A stretch of 42,545 nt of DNA from Nanohaloarchaea archaeon B1-Br10_U2g21. GTDB taxonomy: Archaea; Nanohalarchaeota; Nanosalinia; Nanosalinales; Nanosalinaceae. The DNA lies in contig LKMP01000007.1 of assembly GCA_001563915.1 (NCBI GenBank), positions 1-42,545 of the forward strand. The letters run 5' to 3'. The stretch's first letter is position 1; every line of letters starts with the position of its first letter. The position numbers and the translations under genes are program-made. Shown here piece by piece: positions 37,183 to 42,545 of the stretch. The notes beneath the pieces are model-generated. The model searched no databases, was not told the DNA's origin, and worked only from the letters and a program-made list of their open reading frames with translations.

Positions 37183-38604
37183 ATGTCTATTATTGAAGAC
37201 TTCAAAGCACAGTCTGCGATTGAGTATTTGATGACTTATGGTTGGATGTTATTAGTTGTTGCTGTGGTCGGCGGCGCAATCTTTTCTGCAGTTGGTGAGG
37301 AAACTTTAGTAGAGGTAAGTGGTTTTGATGGAGAGGATGTTCAGGTTGAGGATTTTGCTTTCAGCGAGACGGGTAATCTGCGTTTCTCGATAGAGAGTTT
37401 TGATTCTGAACAAGTCACAATACAGGAAATATCTTTGGAAGATGAAGAGAATACTATTAGTTGGACTGGAGATCTGGACTTAGGTTCAATTGGAAGCAAC
37501 GAAATAATCCATATATCAGGCGTTGAAGAGGCTGAAAACGCCCAAATTTTGGATTTAGATATTACTTATGATTCTGGGAGCCTAGAAGACCTTAGTGTTT
37601 CCGGAGAGATTCAAGGAACACTAGAAATTGAGGATGATGTAAATATACTAGCGTCGAAACCCGAGGATCTACAATCTATCTATGAAGATTTGGAGGGGCA
37701 GGGTGAAGAAGGAGAACCATACCAAATCAATGACGTAGGCGAATTGCAAGCAATTGAAGAAAACACTGGTGAAGGAACCTACTATGAACTAGAAAAAGAT
37801 ATACACGCAATAGGCACACACTACTGGAACAATGGTAAAGGTTTTGATCCTATTGAAGATTTTGAAGGCAGCTTTAGTGGTTTAGAGAATGAAATAAAAG
37901 ACTTAGAAATAAATCTGCCCAACACAAATACAGTAGGTTTATTTTCTGATACAGGAAGTGATGCTGTAGTTACAGATATTGGCGTTGTAAATGCAGATGT
38001 TGTGGGAAAAGACAATACTGGTGTGCTTATAGGAAGAAATAGGGGAGAAGTCAGTAGTTCATATGCTTCTGGGGGTAGTGTAGTAAAAGAAAATAGCGGA
38101 GGTTTAGTAGGTCGAAACACAGGGTCTATTCATTATTCTTTTGCAAATGTTGATCTGAATATACAGAATAGCGGCAGGACTAGAGCAGGAGGAGTAGTAG
38201 GGCTTAATTCAGGCGAGGTAAATAATTCATATTCATTTGGAGATGTTGATCCAAATGATGATGCTGAGAGGGTTGGAGGTTTTGTAGGTCAAAACTGGAA
38301 TGGAGGACTAATAGAAAACTCATATTCTACTGGTTTTGTTGATCAAGGCGGCCAAAACATAGGAGGTTTTCTAGGTGAAGACCGTCCTGAAGGAACAGAC
38401 AACAATAATTACTGGGATGTGGAAGAAAGCGGACAGTCTTCCAGTGATGGAGCCGCCATAGCTTTGAATACAGAAGATATGCAAGGAAGTGGTGGCCCTA
38501 GCAACATGGAGAATATGGACTTTATAAACACGTGGGATACTGTTGAAGACGATTATCCTATTCTTCAGAGTATTGGTGAGGAAGTCCAGCTTGACGCCAG
38601 ATAG
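37183..38604 (+). CDS. Class III signal-peptide (type IV pilin-like) surface protein with a GLUG-repeat domain
   Basis: KA|QSAIEYLMTYGWMLLVV; GEEGEPYQI, VGLF, repeated GGLVG.N.G.I..SY motifs. Confidence 0.85.
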   Translation: MSIIEDFKAQSAIEYLMTYGWMLLVVAVVGGAIFSAVGEETLVEVSGFDGEDVQVEDFAFSETGNLRFSIESFDSEQVTIQEISLEDEENTISWTGDLDLGSIGSNEIIHISGVEEAENAQILDLDITYDSGSLEDLSVSGEIQGTLEIEDDVNILASKPEDLQSIYEDLEGQGEEGEPYQINDVGELQAIEENTGEGTYYELEKDIHAIGTHYWNNGKGFDPIEDFEGSFSGLENEIKDLEINLPNTNTVGLFSDTGSDAVVTDIGVVNADVVGKDNTGVLIGRNRGEVSSSYASGGSVVKENSGGLVGRNTGSIHYSFANVDLNIQNSGRTRAGGVVGLNSGEVNNSYSFGDVDPNDDAERVGGFVGQNWNGGLIENSYSTGFVDQGGQNIGGFLGEDRPEGTDNNNYWDVEESGQSSSDGAAIALNTEDMQGSGGPSNMENMDFINTWDTVEDDYPILQSIGEEVQLDAR

Positions 38605-38840
38605 CGTTTTAGAAACTATCCGAGCCCTATGAAAGGGGGAGGCCCCCCGAACTAGAAATATTTCTAAAACAGTCCTTGAAACAAGTCTAGACACAAAATA
38701 CAAATTCTAACCTAAAAATATTCAACACAAAATAACTATGCGGAATGATAAAAATGCAAACTATATCCATTTTTTATCTGAAACCTAATCATGGCTTCAT
38801 TCCGCTTCAATTTTTAAATTGCTCTAATTAAAGTTATGGT

Positions 38841-39923
38841 GTGGAACTAGGCGGATTTCTAGGACAGTCGGCTATTGAATACCTGATGACTTATGGGTGG
38901 ATGCTGCTTATCATCGCTATAGCGGGAGGAGCTGTGTTTTCAATGGTAGATGATCAGAGTGTTGAGAGTGTTTCGGGTTTTGATTCTAGTCATGTTAGTG
39001 TTCAGGATTTCGGTGTATCTACTCAGAGTGGTTTGATGTTTGAGATGCAGGATTCTATAGGTCAAGTAAAAATCAATGAAATAACTGTTAGTAACTCGGG
39101 CAACACTAACACAACCTACAAGTTAAATCAGGATGTTTCTAGTGAAAATATGATTAATTTGCCCGGCATTAATCCTTCAGAAGATTCTAATATGCTGGAT
39201 GTGGAGGTAAAGTATGATTCTAATAATTTAGATAATCTGACAACTACAGGAACGGTAACAGGTACCTTGGATCTGGATGAAAACTTCAATAACAGAACGT
39301 TGATTATGAATGGTCTCAAAGGATACTGGCCGCTAGACCAAGTATACACTTCAGGAGAAACAGTATATGACATATCAGAAAACCAAAACCATGGGGAAAA
39401 AGAAGATCATGAATGGGGTGATGGAGTTTATGGAATGGCTTTAGAGTTAGATGGAGAAGATAATTATCTAAAATTATCAAGTGATACGAGCCAAGTTGTT
39501 AGTGATGCGGGAGAATATACTATAACATTTTGGTCCTTTGCGAATTTTGATGATACGGGTACTTATCACCAGATAGATTTATTAGACAATGCTAATATTA
39601 TGGTGCGAGTAAGAGATCAGAGACAAAGCATAAGACAAGGAGGAACATCATATGACAGCCAGTGGGATTTTCCAGTAAACGAGTGGGTTATGACTACTAT
39701 GACTTGGAATGGTAGTACTATTCGCACATATAAGAATGGACAGTTTCAAACCGCTATTGATGACGTTAGTCTCGGACAGCAGGGAGCTCATGATGCTATA
39801 GGTCATAGAGCTTCTTCTTCTGATAGGCATTGGGATGGTAAAATAGATGAGGTTCGTGTTTATGATCGTGCTTTATCTCAGGATGAGGTTGAGACTATTT
39901 ATGAGGAAGGAAGTGTAGAGTGA
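38841..39923 (+). CDS. Class III signal-peptide (type IV pilin-like) surface protein with a LamG/concanavalin-like domain
   Basis: G|QSAIEYLMTYGWMLLII; GL.GYWPLD, DIS.N.NHG, G.AL.LDG, W......WNG, Y.NG, G.IDEVRVYDRALS. Confidence 0.85.
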   Translation: MELGGFLGQSAIEYLMTYGWMLLIIAIAGGAVFSMVDDQSVESVSGFDSSHVSVQDFGVSTQSGLMFEMQDSIGQVKINEITVSNSGNTNTTYKLNQDVSSENMINLPGINPSEDSNMLDVEVKYDSNNLDNLTTTGTVTGTLDLDENFNNRTLIMNGLKGYWPLDQVYTSGETVYDISENQNHGEKEDHEWGDGVYGMALELDGEDNYLKLSSDTSQVVSDAGEYTITFWSFANFDDTGTYHQIDLLDNANIMVRVRDQRQSIRQGGTSYDSQWDFPVNEWVMTTMTWNGSTIRTYKNGQFQTAIDDVSLGQQGAHDAIGHRASSSDRHWDGKIDEVRVYDRALSQDEVETIYEEGSVE

Positions 39924-40100
39924 TAGAAATAGTAGGGCAGTCCGCGTTGAGTGTTTAATGAATTTGGTTCTGAAGAAAGAATATCTGTGACTAGTTCTGG
40001 AAACAATATTGTTATTGAAGATCATTCAATAGAAGCTAATTTTGGTTTTGATCTAATGAAAACTTCGAATATTTTGTCTACTAAATGGCGAGAAAAGTAA
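39920..40100 (+). pseudogene. Degraded third pilin-like gene
   Basis: GTG overlapping the previous stop, then GGG CAG TCC GCG -TT GAG TGT TTA ATG = GQSA(I)ECLM with a 1-nt deletion; an unrelated open stretch follows to TAA 40100. Confidence 0.55.
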
Positions 40101-40165
40101 AGCTATATCGAGTTGAACTAGATGGGCGAATGGCTTTATCAAATATCGTAACGTCTTTGTAATAT

Positions 40166-42016
40166 ATGCAAGTAGGAACTATTGAAGGCGATGTCAATAC
40201 TTCTTCATTTACTTTTAGAGCGGTGGAAGAGGTAGGGAAATTCGATTTTGTATCGGTGAAAAGTAACGAAAATTGGATTCTGGCTCAGGTAGATCAAGTC
40301 ACTAAACATGCTTCAGGTGAGACTACGGCTACAGCAAACATCATAGGTTATAGAGATAAAGGGTTGACAAGAGCACCTAGACACGTAATTGAACCGGACT
40401 CAATAGTTTATAAGGCTGACCAAGAACTTATATCGGATACGCTAGGGCTTAATGAGGCGGGCCTTAAAATTGGATCTCTAGAAACTAATCCTGATATAGA
40501 TATAATGGTGGATGCGGAAGATTTCTACAAGCATTTTGCAGTTCTTGCACAGACTGGAGCAGGTAAATCATATTTATCTTCAATATTGGTTGAGGAAATG
40601 CTTGAAGACGAGTTCCCAGTACTTATAATGGATCCTCACGGAGAATATCCCTCATTAGCACAGCCTAATCCTGAGGTGGAGGATGGCAAAAGTTATCCGG
40701 TTAAGGAATACTCTCCTAATACAGATATTAATCATGGTGCGTTGCCTTTGAAGTTTTCATCTGTAAACTTAGATAAAAAACAGTTGACGACTTTGATTAC
40801 GGATTCTTTGACGAATTCTCAGATGGGGGTACTCTATACGGCGCTTAAAAGATTAAATGATAAGGGAGAAGATTATAACTTGCTTGATGTACAGGATGCA
40901 GTATCTATAGAAGAGTCTACAGCAAAATGGAATCTTTTGAATTATCTTGAGCAACTAGATGATTCTGGATTGTTTGCAGAAGAGGCAATAGATTTGAAAG
41001 ATTTAGTAGTGCCTGGCCAAGCGTCAGTGATTAATTTAAAGGCGGTTGAACCTGAAGCAACTGAAATGACAGCATATTTATTGGCTGAGAGGCTTTTCGA
41101 GCTGCGTAAGCGTAACAGAATCCCGCCATTCATTATGGTTATAGAGGAAGCACATAATTTTGTGCCTGAAAAAGGGTTTGGCCAGGCAGTCTCTAACCCA
41201 ATTTTAAGGAAGATTGCGTCTGAAGGTAGAAAGTTTGGTATGGGCTTGGGGGTTATAAGTCAGAGACCTGCTCGAATTGATAAGAATGTATTGAGCCAGT
41301 GTAATACTCAGTTTATTTTGCGAGTCACTAATCCTAATGACTTGAAGGCAATTTCTAAGTCTTTTGAAGGGGTTAATTCTGCAGTTGAGGAGATGATCAC
41401 GTCTCTCCCTCCAGGAGTGGCGTTCTTGCTTGGAAATGATTATCCTGTTATGACTGATGTTAGAACTAGGAGAACAGTTCACGGGGGCGAAACCCAAACT
41501 GCTGAGTCATACGTAGAGCAGGTAGATATCTCAGTTTTCCATACTGCGAAAACTCTTCCTGAGATAGAGGCGCGTTATGGTGAAAAGTTCTCTACGGCTT
41601 ACTATCCATTATATGTGGCGAAAAAAGATGGTAGAGAACTTCTTGTGGACGGAGTAAATGGCGAGGTGAAGGCTTCGAGAGCTATAGTGTCAGAATCAGA
41701 TGGAGAGCTATTTGAGATGCTGAAACAAGGTAAAGAAAGATCTGAGATTGTTGAGAGGCTTGATATTTCGCCTACGAAACTTGCTGAAAGAATTAATGAG
41801 TTAGAGAAAAAAGATCTTTTAGAGGATGGAGAGCCTAAAGAATCTGTACTTGAGATTGAGGTATTTGAAGAAAGTGTTGCGGCTGATGATTTGATAGATT
41901 TTGAAGTGTCTCTTGAGGAGCTTGAAGACGAGTTTAAAGACGTTGAGGAGATCTACTATCCTTACTATAGGTCTGGTGAAACCGTGTTTGATCCTGTGCT
42001 GGGAGAGGAAATTTAA
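40166..42016 (+). CDS. HerA-family ATPase/DNA translocase with HAS barrel and C-terminal wHTH-like extension
   Basis: N-terminal HAS barrel, HFAVLAQTGAGKS, DPHGEY, IEEAHNF, EGRKFG, SQRP, LSQCNT. Confidence 0.9.
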   Translation: MQVGTIEGDVNTSSFTFRAVEEVGKFDFVSVKSNENWILAQVDQVTKHASGETTATANIIGYRDKGLTRAPRHVIEPDSIVYKADQELISDTLGLNEAGLKIGSLETNPDIDIMVDAEDFYKHFAVLAQTGAGKSYLSSILVEEMLEDEFPVLIMDPHGEYPSLAQPNPEVEDGKSYPVKEYSPNTDINHGALPLKFSSVNLDKKQLTTLITDSLTNSQMGVLYTALKRLNDKGEDYNLLDVQDAVSIEESTAKWNLLNYLEQLDDSGLFAEEAIDLKDLVVPGQASVINLKAVEPEATEMTAYLLAERLFELRKRNRIPPFIMVIEEAHNFVPEKGFGQAVSNPILRKIASEGRKFGMGLGVISQRPARIDKNVLSQCNTQFILRVTNPNDLKAISKSFEGVNSAVEEMITSLPPGVAFLLGNDYPVMTDVRTRRTVHGGETQTAESYVEQVDISVFHTAKTLPEIEARYGEKFSTAYYPLYVAKKDGRELLVDGVNGEVKASRAIVSESDGELFEMLKQGKERSEIVERLDISPTKLAERINELEKKDLLEDGEPKESVLEIEVFEESVAADDLIDFEVSLEELEDEFKDVEEIYYPYYRSGETVFDPVLGEEI

Positions 42017-42062
42017 AGCAGGTGTTTTTAAATCTCCTGTACGTACAGGAATATTACGCCGC

Positions 42063-42136
42063 GGGTCCGTGGTCTAGTTGGTTATGACGTCGCCCTTACA
42101 AGGCGAAGATCCCCAGTTCGAATCTGGGCGGACCCA
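42063..42136 (+). tRNA. tRNA-Val(TAC)
   Basis: GGGTCCG acceptor, TCGCC-CTTACAA-GGCGA anticodon arm, CCCAG-TTCGAAT-CTGGG T arm; TATA-like TTTTTAAA about 30 nt upstream. Confidence 0.97.
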
Positions 42137-42225
42137 TTCAACATTTTATGTTAAAACCCTTGCAGCACAAATTCGTTACTACCGAAAAGTAAATAAGATT
42201 TAGCAGTAATAATAGATTTGTAGGA

Positions 42226-42545
42226 ATGAACAATTCACGGGATAAAAAAATTAAACAGGCAATAATAATTGATCAATCACTAGACATGAGTAAAGGAAAA
42301 TTAGCGGCACAGGCCTGCCACGCATCCGTAAATGCGTATATTAAGGCCTCAAAAGATGTTCAAGATGATTGGCATCTTAATGGAGCAAGAAAAATAGTAT
42401 TGGAGAAGGGAAACGAAAATTTTGATGAGATAATGTCTCAGGCTGAAAGACTTAATATACCTCAGTACGAAGTATGTGATGCCGGTCTGACTGAGCTGGA
42501 ACCAGGAACAGTTACGGCGCTAGGACTCGGACCAGACAAAACCAA
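42226..42545 (+). CDS. pth2: Peptidyl-tRNA hydrolase Pth2, 3' truncated by the window
   Basis: Manual translation: KQAIII...L.MSKGKLAAQACHAS...W...G.RKIVL...DAGLTELEPGTVTALGLGP. Confidence 0.95.
   Translation, partial: MNNSRDKKIKQAIIIDQSLDMSKGKLAAQACHASVNAYIKASKDVQDDWHLNGARKIVLEKGNENFDEIMSQAERLNIPQYEVCDAGLTELEPGTVTALGLGPDKT

Noticed and set aside
38630-38650. GGGGG-AGG-CCCCC hairpin between the pilin genes as an IS end or terminator
   Set aside because: Very short, with no transposase, no target duplication and no U-tract
1576-41497. Numerous short ORF-track entries overlapping long genes (e.g. 1576-1779, 4846-5157, 10139-10405, 14338-14550, 20184-20459, 26556-26810, 28821-29102, 37821-38120, 41204-41497)
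   Set aside because: Antisense or alternate-frame shadows of well-supported genes, with Ser/Phe/Leu-rich composition and no motifs
42019-42030. 9-nt complement (GGTGTTTTT) to the D' guide of the first C/D sRNA
   Set aside because: Lies in the tRNA-Val promoter region and is low-complexity; probably chance
1-42545. CRISPR array, rRNA, transposase or provirus
   Set aside because: No regularly spaced repeats, rRNA-like tracts, transposase, integrase or capsid genes seen; the 596-aa protein fits Fsx1 better than a pleolipovirus spike and has no viral neighbours

Overview
Chromosomal segment of a low-GC halophilic archaeon with an acidic proteome and dense gene packing. The gene set and the QSAIEYLMTYGW pilin-like proteins suggest a DPANN Nanohaloarchaeon (inference). 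Most of the window is housekeeping: a thymidylate/folate cluster (folA, thyA, glyA, tmk, with dut and ndk elsewhere), rqcH, smc-scpA-scpB, aspS, glyS, trpS, pheS/pheT, rnhB, endA, pgk, a HerA-like ATPase, pth2 and four intron-less tRNAs (Pro-GGG, Leu-CAA, iMet, Val-TAC). The main result is a 596-aa secreted, membrane-anchored protein (19625-21415) that matches archaeal fusexin Fsx1 (HAP2/GCS1-type cell-fusion protein) motif by motif. It sits alone behind tRNA-Leu with no visible mobile element, so it is a candidate domesticated fusogen of an ectosymbiont. Features missed by the ORF track: two box C/D guide RNAs (one with two arms complementary to the tRNA-Leu(CAA) in this window, predicting Cm34), a relic third pilin gene, msrA-like relics, and partial DoxX and pth2 genes. 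Other oddities: tRNA-Pro with C33, an SMC with half-length arms and a foreign gene inside its operon, and an EndA lacking the catalytic Lys. All family calls come from motif recognition by eye; no searches were run.
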